NCBI GenBank assembly: GCA_040752415.1
Contig: JBFMGU010000244.1
Location: 1 to 16,152, forward strand
DNA length: 16,152 nucleotides
Direction: 5' to 3'
Source: Myxococcota bacterium
GTDB lineage: Bacteria; Myxococcota; JACRCW01
In this document: piece after piece, positions 1 through 6,863 of the stretch
Numbering within the stretch: position 1 is the stretch's first letter
How the letters are laid out: each line of letters starts with the position of its first letter
Notes under the pieces: model-generated
What the model was told of the DNA's origin: nothing
The model's database searches: none
Seen by the model: only the letters and a program-made list of their open reading frames with translations
Translations under genes and position numbers: made by a program

Positions 1-233
1 CCAGGAGCGGGAACTTCCCGGAGCCGGAACACGCGACCGGTCCCCGGGTCGGTCACGTGGATGGAGGCGTCCTCTTTGATGTCGCAGAGGATGTTGGCAA
101 TGGTGTTGGGGCCCTCCCCGATGTTGGCGAGACCCAGGCGCAACGCGCCGAGCCAGTTGTTGGCCTGGACGGTCAGTTGGACGTTGAAGCTGTCAGCATC
201 CTTGGCCGGGATGAAGACCTCAAAGTGAGGCAT
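1..233 (-). CDS. 5' part of a protein running off the window edge (MPHFEVFIPAKDADSFNVQLTVQANNWLGALRLGLANIGEG...); N-terminus resembles myxobacterial GAF-domain signalling proteins (from memory, unverified)
   Basis: Hand translation of the minus strand from ATG at 233 is open to the window edge; AGGAG RBS about 9 nt upstream; GC-rich third codon positions; absent from the ORF track because it has no stop in the window. Confidence 0.75.
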   Translation of the reverse strand, partial: MPHFEVFIPAKDADSFNVQLTVQANNWLGALRLGLANIGEGPNTIANILCDIKEDASIHVTDPGTGRVFRLREVPAP

Positions 234-309
234 CGGGTGGGACTCCTATGGGGATTTGTCGACGGTCACAGGCACGGGAGGGGCAAGACGCCCGCAGGAA
301 TGGGCGGCC

Positions 310-339
310 ATGCTAACGACCCGCATTTTCCAGGGTCAA
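310..339 (-). promoter_or_regulatory. Putative sigma70-type promoter for the 233-start gene (TTGACC-N18-TAGCAT)
   Basis: Minus strand reads TTGACC (339-334), 18-nt spacer, TAGCAT (315-310); lies just downstream of a terminator and upstream of the RBS. Confidence 0.5.
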
Positions 340-353
340 GGTGGCCTCCCCAC

Positions 354-387
354 AAAAGAAAAACGGCGCCAGGTTGCCCCGGCGCCG
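354..387 (-). terminator. Rho-independent terminator after the SctI-like gene
   Basis: Minus strand CGGCGCCGGG-GCAA-CCTGGCGCCG (10-bp stem with one G-U pair, GNRA loop) followed by TTTTTCTTTT, about 27 nt after the stop at 415. Confidence 0.9.
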
Positions 388-414
388 CTGCGGAAACAGG
401 AGGATGGGAGGCGC

Positions 415-921
415 TCAGACCTGGGTCTGCATGGTCTGCTTGACGCCGCTGGTGGCCTTCTCCACCACCTTGCTGGTCAGCTCCAGCTCCTGGCTGAACT
501 TGTAGACGCCCGCCTGCATGGCCAGCAGCTCCTGGTTGGAGAACTGCTTGCCACTGGAGGCCTTGGCAATGATCTTGTCCAGCGCGTTCTGGCCGTCCAT
601 GACGCCGGACATCAGGCGACGGACACCGTCAGCCTTCTTGGGGTCCTTGACGGCTTCCACCGCCTTCACGCCGGTGGAGGGGTCCACGCCTCCGGTCTTG
701 GCGGCGTGCAGCACGTCCACGGCCTTGGTGGCCTCCTGCGTCTTCTGGACGTCCTGGACCTGCTGGGCCTGGTTGACCTGCTGGGAGAGCATCTTGTCGA
801 ACTTGTTCTCCATGCCGCCCTGCTGACCGCCCACCTTCTGGGCTTGCTGGGCCTGCTGCTGGACCTGCTGCATCATCTGCTGCGCGGCCTTGCCAAGTCC
901 GCCACCAATGGGGTCTGCCAC
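415..921 (-). CDS. Type III secretion inner-rod-like protein (SctI/EscI/YscI/HrpB2 family), 168 aa
   Basis: GTG start at 921 with a strong GAGGAGG RBS; Gln-rich N-terminus; C-terminus NQELLAMQAGVYKFSQELELTSKVVEKATSGVKQTMQTQ fits the inner-rod pattern (LL..Q.......EL..K.V.K....V..L...Q). Confidence 0.75.
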   Translation of the reverse strand: MADPIGGGLGKAAQQMMQQVQQQAQQAQKVGGQQGGMENKFDKMLSQQVNQAQQVQDVQKTQEATKAVDVLHAAKTGGVDPSTGVKAVEAVKDPKKADGVRRLMSGVMDGQNALDKIIAKASSGKQFSNQELLAMQAGVYKFSQELELTSKVVEKATSGVKQTMQTQV

Positions 922-973
922 GGCTACCTCCTCAAGGAGAACCAACCCGCCGGGGGGCGGGCTTGCGGAGAGT

Positions 974-1000
974 GTATCGCATCCGGGGGACGGCAGTTGT
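974..1000 (-). promoter_or_regulatory. Putative sigma28-type promoter for the rod-like gene (ACAACTGC-N11-TGCGATAC)
   Basis: Same motif as 3457-3483; -10 resembles the sigma28 consensus GCCGATAA, with 8-N11-8 spacing. Confidence 0.7.
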
Positions 1001-1018
1001 GTGGGATACCGGGATCCC

Positions 1019-1924
1019 TCAGTTGCGCGCCCGGCCCGGTGTCGCGGTGGCCGCTTCCCGCGTGATTTCCTGCAGGATGCGACTGAGCTTCTCAATGGCC
1101 TTGGCGTGCAGGCGGCTGGTCCAGCTCTTGGACAGGCCCAGCTGGTCGCCCACCTCCTGCAGGCTCAGCTCCTTGAAGTAGTACAGCGTGAGCAGCTTCT
1201 GTTCCTGCTCCGGCATGCGCGAGAGCGCCTCACGCACGTGCTTCTTCATCTCCACGTCGGCGAGGCGGGTGTCGATGGGGACGGCTTCCTTGTCCTCCAC
1301 CTGCAGGCCTTCCATGCCCTCCAGCGAGGTCACATAGATGGTGACGAGGTTGCTGACCTGCTCCGCCAGCTCGTTGATCTCGTCCTCGGTGGGCTTGTTC
1401 TCGGCGGTGGAGCCGGCCTGGCGGTCCGCCATGTTCTGCAGGAAGGCGTTGGCGCGTTCCTCAAAGCGGAGCTTGGCGTACTCGTTGCGGTTGACCCAGC
1501 CCATCTGGCGCAGGCCGTCATAGATGGCGCCGCGCACGCGGTAGTAGCTGAAGGTCATGAAGTTGGCGCCGAACTTGGGGTCGTAGCGGTCGGCTGCCTC
1601 CAGCAGGCCGATCATGCCGAACTCCATGAGGTCGTCGAACTCGATCTCCTTGGCCAGCGTCTTCTTGATCTTGCCGGCAATGGAGCGGACGAAGGGCTTG
1701 TACTGGTCAATCAGCGCGGCCTTGTCGACCTTGCCGTCCGGGGTGAGCGCGGGGCCACCCTTGTTGTTGCCCTTGGGCGGAGGGATGGCCCCCAGCGACT
1801 CTCCCAGGTTCTGCACCGCGACCTGCTTGGCGGCCGGGTTGGGCGGCGGTCTGGGGCTGGGCCCCGGGGTCCGCGGCACGGGTCGCGGCGTGGAACCGGG
1901 GATGGTGGGAAGCTTGTCTCGCAT
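1019..1924 (-). CDS. fliA: FliA/WhiG-family (sigma28) RNA polymerase sigma factor with a Pro-rich N-terminal extension
   Basis: Region 2 DDLMEFGMIGLLEAADRYDPKFGANFMTFSYYRVRGAIYDGLRQMGW; region 4 LTLYYFKELSLQEVGDQLGLSKSWTSRLHAKAI. Confidence 0.9.
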   Translation of the reverse strand: MRDKLPTIPGSTPRPVPRTPGPSPRPPPNPAAKQVAVQNLGESLGAIPPPKGNNKGGPALTPDGKVDKAALIDQYKPFVRSIAGKIKKTLAKEIEFDDLMEFGMIGLLEAADRYDPKFGANFMTFSYYRVRGAIYDGLRQMGWVNRNEYAKLRFEERANAFLQNMADRQAGSTAENKPTEDEINELAEQVSNLVTIYVTSLEGMEGLQVEDKEAVPIDTRLADVEMKKHVREALSRMPEQEQKLLTLYYFKELSLQEVGDQLGLSKSWTSRLHAKAIEKLSRILQEITREAATATPGRARN

Positions 1925-1943
1925 GCGCCGCCAGTGCCGTGTT

Positions 1944-2333
1944 TCAGGAGCGGGCCAGCTTGGCCAGCTCGGTTTGGAGCCTGCTCACGAAGGACGGGTC
2001 CGCCTCACACATCTCCGAGATGGACTCCTCCATGGCCTTGATGCCCACGCCCTTGGCGCCCTTCATCTTGTCCTTGACGACGAGGGACACGAACTTCCGC
2101 GTGGCCTCCTCCTTGGACGCCTTGCCGTCCTTGAGGTCTTTGGCCAGGCCCGTGAGCTCATCCAGCAGCCAGCTGCGGACCTGGCGGGCCTTCTCGGTGG
2201 AGTCCTCGGCGGCGCCGGTGGCGGTGACCATGCCCTTGAAGCTGGCCTTCTCCGCCTTGCCGGTCTTTCCGGTTTCCTTGGCACCGCCGGTGCCGGTGGT
2301 ACCCCGCGGCCCACCTCCCCTACCCACACGCAT
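1944..2333 (-). CDS. Hypothetical protein, 129 aa (low-complexity G/T/K N-terminus, helical C-terminus); candidate secreted regulator or anti-sigma factor
   Basis: ATG with AGGAG RBS; co-oriented, ends 19 nt before the fliA start; coding-like codon usage. Confidence 0.75.
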   Translation of the reverse strand: MRVGRGGGPRGTTGTGGAKETGKTGKAEKASFKGMVTATGAAEDSTEKARQVRSWLLDELTGLAKDLKDGKASKEEATRKFVSLVVKDKMKGAKGVGIKAMEESISEMCEADPSFVSRLQTELAKLARS

Positions 2334-2374
2334 GGTTCACTCCTGGTAGGCCACGGGCTCGTTTCCGCAGCAGG

Positions 2375-2794
2375 TCAGACGCGATCAAAACAACCGGCCT
2401 CATGGGCATCAAGCAGCGCCCGCGCAAAGTCCGCGGCCATGCCCTTGGGGTCCTGGCTGATGGCGCGCTCCAGCTCGGCCTTCCCCTCGTCGAACTTCTT
2501 GAGGAACAAGAGGCTCTCCCCCACGTGGGCACGGGCCAGCGCGCTCTCCGGCGCCACCGACAACGCTTCCCGGTGACACTTCAGCGCCTGCTGGAACTTG
2601 CCCTGGGCGAAGAAGAGGTTGCCGAGGGCCATGTGGGGCACGTCGGAGTGCGGGACCAGGGCGGAGACGCCGGCAAAGACCTCCTGGGCCTCCTTCCACT
2701 TGCCCAGCTCCATCATGAGGTAGCCCGCCTCCAAGAGGAGAGCGACCTCCTTCTGGGGCACGGGGACAATGCCTTGGACCATTTCCTGGTTCAT
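2375..2794 (-). CDS. Small TPR protein, T3SS chaperone-like (SctG/SctY/SycD-type)
   Basis: About three TPR units (LLEAGYLMMELGKWKEAQEVF; MALGNLFFAQGKFQQALKCHREAL; HVGESLLFLKKFDEGKAELERAI); GGAG RBS; directly downstream of the needle-like gene. Confidence 0.8.
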   Translation of the reverse strand: MNQEMVQGIVPVPQKEVALLLEAGYLMMELGKWKEAQEVFAGVSALVPHSDVPHMALGNLFFAQGKFQQALKCHREALSVAPESALARAHVGESLLFLKKFDEGKAELERAISQDPKGMAADFARALLDAHEAGCFDRV

Positions 2795-2840
2795 TGGGAT
2801 CTCCGCCTGGGTTTTCGCAGGCTAGAGGTGTTGGGCCCCA

Positions 2841-2881
2841 CAAAGCAACAGGGCGGCCCGACGCAACGCCGGACCGCCCTG
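2841..2881 (-). terminator. Stem-loop (leaky terminator or mRNA stabiliser) after the needle-like gene
   Basis: Minus strand CAGGGCGGTCCGGCG-TTG-CGTCGGGCCGCCCTG (15-bp stem with 2 G-U pairs) followed by an interrupted U-tract TTGCTTTG. Confidence 0.75.
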
Positions 2882-2901
2882 GTGTCAGATGCCCCGTCCT
2901 A

Positions 2902-3405
2902 TCAGCGGACGTTGTTGATGCTGTTCTTGACGGTGTCGTGCTTGGTCTTCAGCACGTTGGAGATGGTGGTGTACTGGCGGTTCTCGTTCTGCATCTTCTC
3001 CTGCAGCGTCAGGTACTGCATGGAGAAGGACATCTGCATCTCCTGCATCTTCTTGGTCTGGTTCAGCATGTCCTGCTGCGGGTTGCCCGTGGAGGCCACG
3101 TCCGTGCCCGCGCTGCCAAGACCGGTGCCGTTCCCGGGGATCTGCTGGGTGCCACCCGCGTAGCCCGTCCCGCCGGCGCCCATGGCCTGGGCACCACCGT
3201 TGACGGCGGCGGTGATGACGGTCCCACCCGGCACGAATGGCGCTGCCACCGAAGCCGCTCCGGCCGCGGCTCCGGCTCCGGTCGCAACGCCCGTACGCAC
3301 CATGGTCCCGAAAGAGCTGTTGGGAGTCTGCCGGGTGGAGCTCGTCTGGGTGGACATCTCCGTGGAGCCGCCCCGGGTGGTGTTGTTGGTGCTGACGATA
3401 GCCAT
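2902..3405 (-). CDS. T3SS needle/filament-subunit-like protein (SctF-like C-terminal helix) with a long Gly/Ala/Thr-rich N-terminus, 167 aa
   Basis: CAGGAG RBS; S/T/N-rich N-terminus like T3S export signals; C-terminus YLTLQEKMQNENRQYTTISNVLKTKHDTVKNSINNVR resembles SctF/EspA-type ends (SN..K...D....I..N.R). Confidence 0.7.
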   Translation of the reverse strand: MAIVSTNNTTRGGSTEMSTQTSSTRQTPNSSFGTMVRTGVATGAGAAAGAASVAAPFVPGGTVITAAVNGGAQAMGAGGTGYAGGTQQIPGNGTGLGSAGTDVASTGNPQQDMLNQTKKMQEMQMSFSMQYLTLQEKMQNENRQYTTISNVLKTKHDTVKNSINNVR

Positions 3406-3456
3406 GTTGTTCTCCTGTGTTGGGTGCCGTGGGGGAGTGCCCTCAAGGCAGCGAAG

Positions 3457-3483
3457 TTATCGCACCGGGCCCGTGGCAGTTGC
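3457..3483 (-). promoter_or_regulatory. Putative sigma28-type promoter for the needle-like gene (GCAACTGC-N11-TGCGATAA)
   Basis: Same motif as 974-1000; -10 TGCGATAA matches GCCGATAA at 6 of 8 positions. Confidence 0.7.
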
Positions 3484-3524
3484 TTCTCCCTGGGGGATCC
3501 AGGGCGGGCCCACCATCAAGGGAA

Positions 3525-3920
3525 TCAGCGAGCCGCGCCTCCGCGCGCGCCTTTCTTCTTGGCGTCCGCGGGGTTGGCGGCCGGGGGACTGGCCAGCTTC
3601 TGCTTGGTGTTCCAGAGGTACTCCAGCAGCTCCTGGGCGTGCTGGTAGGCCTGCAGCGCCTTCTTGGCCCCGGCCTTCTCCTTGTTGTTGCCGGTCTTGG
3701 CCAGCTCCTCCAGCGCCGCCACGCGGGCTTCCAGGCCGGAGCGGTCCAGTGAGTCGGACTCAATCAGCTTCTCGATGGTGGGGAAACCCACGCCGGGGGG
3801 CGGCTCCTCCTTGCCCTTCTTCTTGCTGAGGGCGGCGGGCGCCGAGGGCGCCACGGGGCGCTTCACCGCGTCGCTGATCTTGAACGTGCCCATGCCGGGC
3901 GCGGTCTTGTCCTTGGACAT
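3525..3920 (-). CDS. Hypothetical protein, 131 aa; possible SctE/YscE-like needle co-chaperone
   Basis: Likely start at ATG 3920 (MSKDKTAPG...), since the upstream ORF extension overlaps the divergent gene; helical hairpin LEARVAALEELAKTGNNKEKAGAKKALQAYQHAQELLEYL; located immediately upstream of the needle-like gene. Confidence 0.65.
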   Translation of the reverse strand: MSKDKTAPGMGTFKISDAVKRPVAPSAPAALSKKKGKEEPPPGVGFPTIEKLIESDSLDRSGLEARVAALEELAKTGNNKEKAGAKKALQAYQHAQELLEYLWNTKQKLASPPAANPADAKKKGARGGAAR

Positions 3921-3965
3921 GTGCTGGACCTCAGGGCGCCAGAGCCGACGCCAGACAGGGCTCGC

Positions 3966-3995
3966 ATGGTCCGCGCCGCGGCCCCGCGCTGTCAA
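3966..3995 (-). promoter_or_regulatory. Putative sigma70-type promoter at the head of the T3SS-like module (TTGACA-N18-GACCAT)
   Basis: Perfect TTGACA (3995-3990), weak -10 GACCAT (3971-3966), 45 nt upstream of ATG 3920. Confidence 0.45.
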
Positions 3996-4076
3996 GGTAG
4001 GCCGCACGCGCGGTGGCTGCGTGGCCCGGCCGTGTGGGCCCTGGTAGGGTCCGCGACCCCGCTTGTTGGAGCACGC

Positions 4077-6863
4077 ATGCCCCGCCTCACCCGCCTGTCC
4101 AGCCTGGCCTTCCTGCTTGCCCTGTCCGCCTGCCCCACCTGCGTGCAACCCGAGCCCGGTCCCGGACTGGAAGGCGACGAGTGCGGCGCGGAGCGGGAGT
4201 GCGACACGGGCCTGCGCTGCGTGGAGGCGCACTGCGTGGCGGCGGACCTGGATGGGGGCAACGGGCAGTCGTCGTCCGGCGGTGCTTCCTCCAGCAGCAG
4301 CGGCGCGCCCGACGCGTGGACGCCGGAGTGCAACATCAAGCTGGACTGCGCGGTGAACGGCAGCGTGGACGGACGGGATTGCGTGGACGGTCGTTGCGTC
4401 TGGCTCTCATGCGAGTCCGACCTGGAGTGCGGCGCACGCTTCTGCGTGGAAGGCAGGTGTGAGGACCGCACCCGCTGCGAGTCCGACGAGGAATGCGCGG
4501 GGGAAGGCGGCGTGTGCGAGGCGGGCGTGTGCGTGGCGGCCTGCGCCGACGACGCCCAGTGCAACGAGGGCGCGCCGCTGCCGGTGTACACGTGCTCGGA
4601 GGGTCGGTGCCGGCAGCGCTGCCTGGGCGACTTCACGTGCCTGCTGGAAGGCGGCATCTGCGAGGGCGGCGTGTGCATTCCGCCGCTGTGCGAGGTGGAC
4701 GAGGATTGCGCCGAGCAGGGTCAGTACCTGGAATGCGCCTCCGGCCGCTGCACCCCCTACGAGCCCTGCACCGACGACGCCGCGTGCGGCAGCGCGACCT
4801 TGTATTGCGCGGAGGACGGGAAGTGTCGCGACCGGCCGGCGTGCGCGCGGGATGCGGATTGCGCGGGCGGGTTGTGCGTCTCCGGCGTGTGCCAGCCGGC
4901 CGCGGAGTGCGGGCCCAACGTGCCGGCCTGCGGCCTCTCCGAGGAGTGCGTGGGCGGGGTGTGCGTGCCGGCGCTGGAGTGTCGCGGCACCGGGGATTGC
5001 GCGGCGCCCCAGATCTGTCGCGCGGGCGTGTGCGCGGACCCGCCCACCTCGCAGGTGGCCAAGATCGTCATCTCCACGCCGTACGGCCTGTGCGACCCGC
5101 TGCTGGACGCGCGCGCGGCCTGCACGCTGACCATGCGCCCCGGCGAGAGCGCGCCGCTGGGGGCGTTGGCGCTGGATGCGGCGGGCCGGATCCTGGTGGG
5201 TGTGGCGCTGACCTGGGCCACCGACCAGCCCAGCATGGCCGACGTGCTGGCCGGTCCCTCGACGGAGACGCTGCTGACCGCGGGCCTGGACAGTGGCACC
5301 GCGCGCATCACCGCCAGCGCGCAGAACGTGACCAGCCCGGCGGTGAGCGTGGTCAACCTGGGCGCTCCGCCCGCCGGCGTGCGCGTGGCCGTCACCGACG
5401 CACGCAGCGGCAGCCCGGTCTCCGGCGCGATTGTGCGCGTGAACGACCAGGAGGAGACCACGGGTCCCGCGGGTCTCGTCGAGCTGGAGCCGGAGGCCAC
5501 GAGCGCGCCCTACACCGTCAGCGTGTTCCACCAGGCCTTTGACTACGTGACCTTCTTCTCCCTGCCGGCCGAGCAAGGCGGTGGGCTGGACGTGGTCATT
5601 CCGCTGGCCTCGTTGCAGCCGCCGCAGCAGTCCGCGGGGCTGCGCGGCACGGTGAACCTGGAGTCCGCGACGAGCCAGGGTCCGGTGGAGATGGCGCTGG
5701 CCGGCGTGAGCGCGCCCAACGTGGCGGACCTCTCGTTCTCGCGCCTGCTCGGGGACACCATCTTCGTCGACATCGAGCTGCCCATCATCGGCAGTCAGCA
5801 GATTCCGCTGCCGGGTGGCATCACGCTCTCGGCGGAAATCCCGCTGGTGGGCGCGCAGACGTTCAAGGACTCGTTCTACGCGCTGGGCAGCGGTGGGCGG
5901 CGCATTGCGTGGGCGTTCGGCGGTCGCCTGCCGTTTGCGGCGGTGCAGGGCCTGTTGGGACTGGGTGACCCCGTCACCGCGATCCTGGCGCTCATCCCGT
6001 ACTTCGAGGGGCTGACCCATGGGCTGGCCACCGGCTACCTGCTCACCGACCTGCCCTACGTCTACGACGGCGACACCGACTTCGACGGCGAGCCCGACGT
6101 GAACAACAACGGCGTCACCGACGAGTACGTGCCCGACTACTTCGCCTTCCCGCAGGCACCGCTCACCGTGCGGCAGGAGCAGACGCTGTACACCAGCGTG
6201 TCGTTCAGCGGGTTCCCCGACGGCGCGGCCGCTCCCCAGGCGCTGGTGGCCGCGGGCGCGCGCGTGCCCGGTCACGGCTTTGTCCCGCTGGGCCTGACCA
6301 GCCTGGCCCCCGACGAGGCCGCGGCCGGGTTCCAGCCCATCAAGCTGGCGCCGCGCTACGGCGGGCTGGAGTCCGGTGATTACGCCGTGTCCACGTTCGC
6401 GTTTGGTCCCGCGCCCGGCGGCGCGCCCACCGAGCTGAGCCTGCGCACCGCCGCGTTCGAGGTGCTGCCGTCGGAGGTGGACCTGGGCGCCATGATGCCG
6501 TTCGCCACCGGGAGCACCTACCGCGTGACCGCGAATCCGTCGCCGACGCGCACGTTGAATGTCGCGGGCGTGCCGGGCTCGGACTTCCACCGCGCCGTGA
6601 TTGCCGGTGACGACGGACGCTGGGTGATCTACCTGCCCGGCGGCGCCGGCGCACAGAACATCACCGTGCCCGACAGCCCCGCGAACCTCCCCGAGCGCGG
6701 TCTCTCCGGTCTGTACGTGGAGGCCATCCAGGTGTCCGCCGCGCTGCGCACCGCCGACCCGGCCAACCAGGTCCGCGCGCTTGTGAGCGGAGAAGGTCAG
6801 GGACTCACCCGTCTGGGCAATGAGACCGAGGGCCTCAGCCGCGGCGCCTTGCAGGCTCCGTGA
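4077..6863 (+). CDS. Large surface lipoprotein, 928 aa: lipobox, 11 four-Cys repeats, Ig-like and carboxypeptidase-regulatory-like beta domains, Ca-binding-like acidic loop
   Basis: ATG 4077 with GGAG upstream; signal MPRLTRLSSLAFLLALSA-C (lipobox LSAC); Cys repeats; GTARITASAQNVTS (Big_2-like); VAVTDARSGSPVSGAIVRV...TTGPAG (carboxypeptidase regulatory-like); DGDTDFDGEPDVNNNG. Confidence 0.85.
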   Translation: MPRLTRLSSLAFLLALSACPTCVQPEPGPGLEGDECGAERECDTGLRCVEAHCVAADLDGGNGQSSSGGASSSSSGAPDAWTPECNIKLDCAVNGSVDGRDCVDGRCVWLSCESDLECGARFCVEGRCEDRTRCESDEECAGEGGVCEAGVCVAACADDAQCNEGAPLPVYTCSEGRCRQRCLGDFTCLLEGGICEGGVCIPPLCEVDEDCAEQGQYLECASGRCTPYEPCTDDAACGSATLYCAEDGKCRDRPACARDADCAGGLCVSGVCQPAAECGPNVPACGLSEECVGGVCVPALECRGTGDCAAPQICRAGVCADPPTSQVAKIVISTPYGLCDPLLDARAACTLTMRPGESAPLGALALDAAGRILVGVALTWATDQPSMADVLAGPSTETLLTAGLDSGTARITASAQNVTSPAVSVVNLGAPPAGVRVAVTDARSGSPVSGAIVRVNDQEETTGPAGLVELEPEATSAPYTVSVFHQAFDYVTFFSLPAEQGGGLDVVIPLASLQPPQQSAGLRGTVNLESATSQGPVEMALAGVSAPNVADLSFSRLLGDTIFVDIELPIIGSQQIPLPGGITLSAEIPLVGAQTFKDSFYALGSGGRRIAWAFGGRLPFAAVQGLLGLGDPVTAILALIPYFEGLTHGLATGYLLTDLPYVYDGDTDFDGEPDVNNNGVTDEYVPDYFAFPQAPLTVRQEQTLYTSVSFSGFPDGAAAPQALVAAGARVPGHGFVPLGLTSLAPDEAAAGFQPIKLAPRYGGLESGDYAVSTFAFGPAPGGAPTELSLRTAAFEVLPSEVDLGAMMPFATGSTYRVTANPSPTRTLNVAGVPGSDFHRAVIAGDDGRWVIYLPGGAGAQNITVPDSPANLPERGLSGLYVEAIQVSAALRTADPANQVRALVSGEGQGLTRLGNETEGLSRGALQAP
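4182..5033 (+). repeat. Eleven Cys-rich protein repeats C-x5/6-C-x4-10-C-x4/5-C
   Basis: Counted in the translation, e.g. CESDLECGARFCVEGRC, CESDEECAGEGGVCEAGVC, CARDADCAGGLCVSGVC, CRGTGDCAAPQICRAGVC. Confidence 0.85.

Noticed and set aside
1003..1021. Small hairpin right after the fliA TGA as a possible SECIS / Sec read-through (prompted by selB)
   Set aside because: Only a 5-bp stem; read-through gives a short meaningless peptide, and the sigma domain is already complete
922..1095. N-terminal extensions given by the ORF track for the rod-like gene (also 3921-4232, 3921-4076, 8823-8939, 14345-15007, 14697-14825)
   Set aside because: They overlap neighbouring genes or promoters; RBS, signal-peptide or domain evidence points to the later starts
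1019..1924. Flagellar gene cluster suggested by fliA
   Set aside because: No flagellin, hook, flagellar rod, motor, flhF or flhG genes nearby; neighbours resemble injectisome components
4182..5033. CRISPR array or DNA tandem repeat
   Set aside because: Repetition is at the protein level only (Cys spacing); there are no identical DNA repeats with spacers
4407..6590. 727-aa minus-strand ORF, and similar long shadow ORFs (256-1065, 890-2041, 6936-7868, 8952-10223, 13532-14518)
   Set aside because: Antisense to well-supported genes, no recognisable motifs; expected artefact of high-GC codon bias
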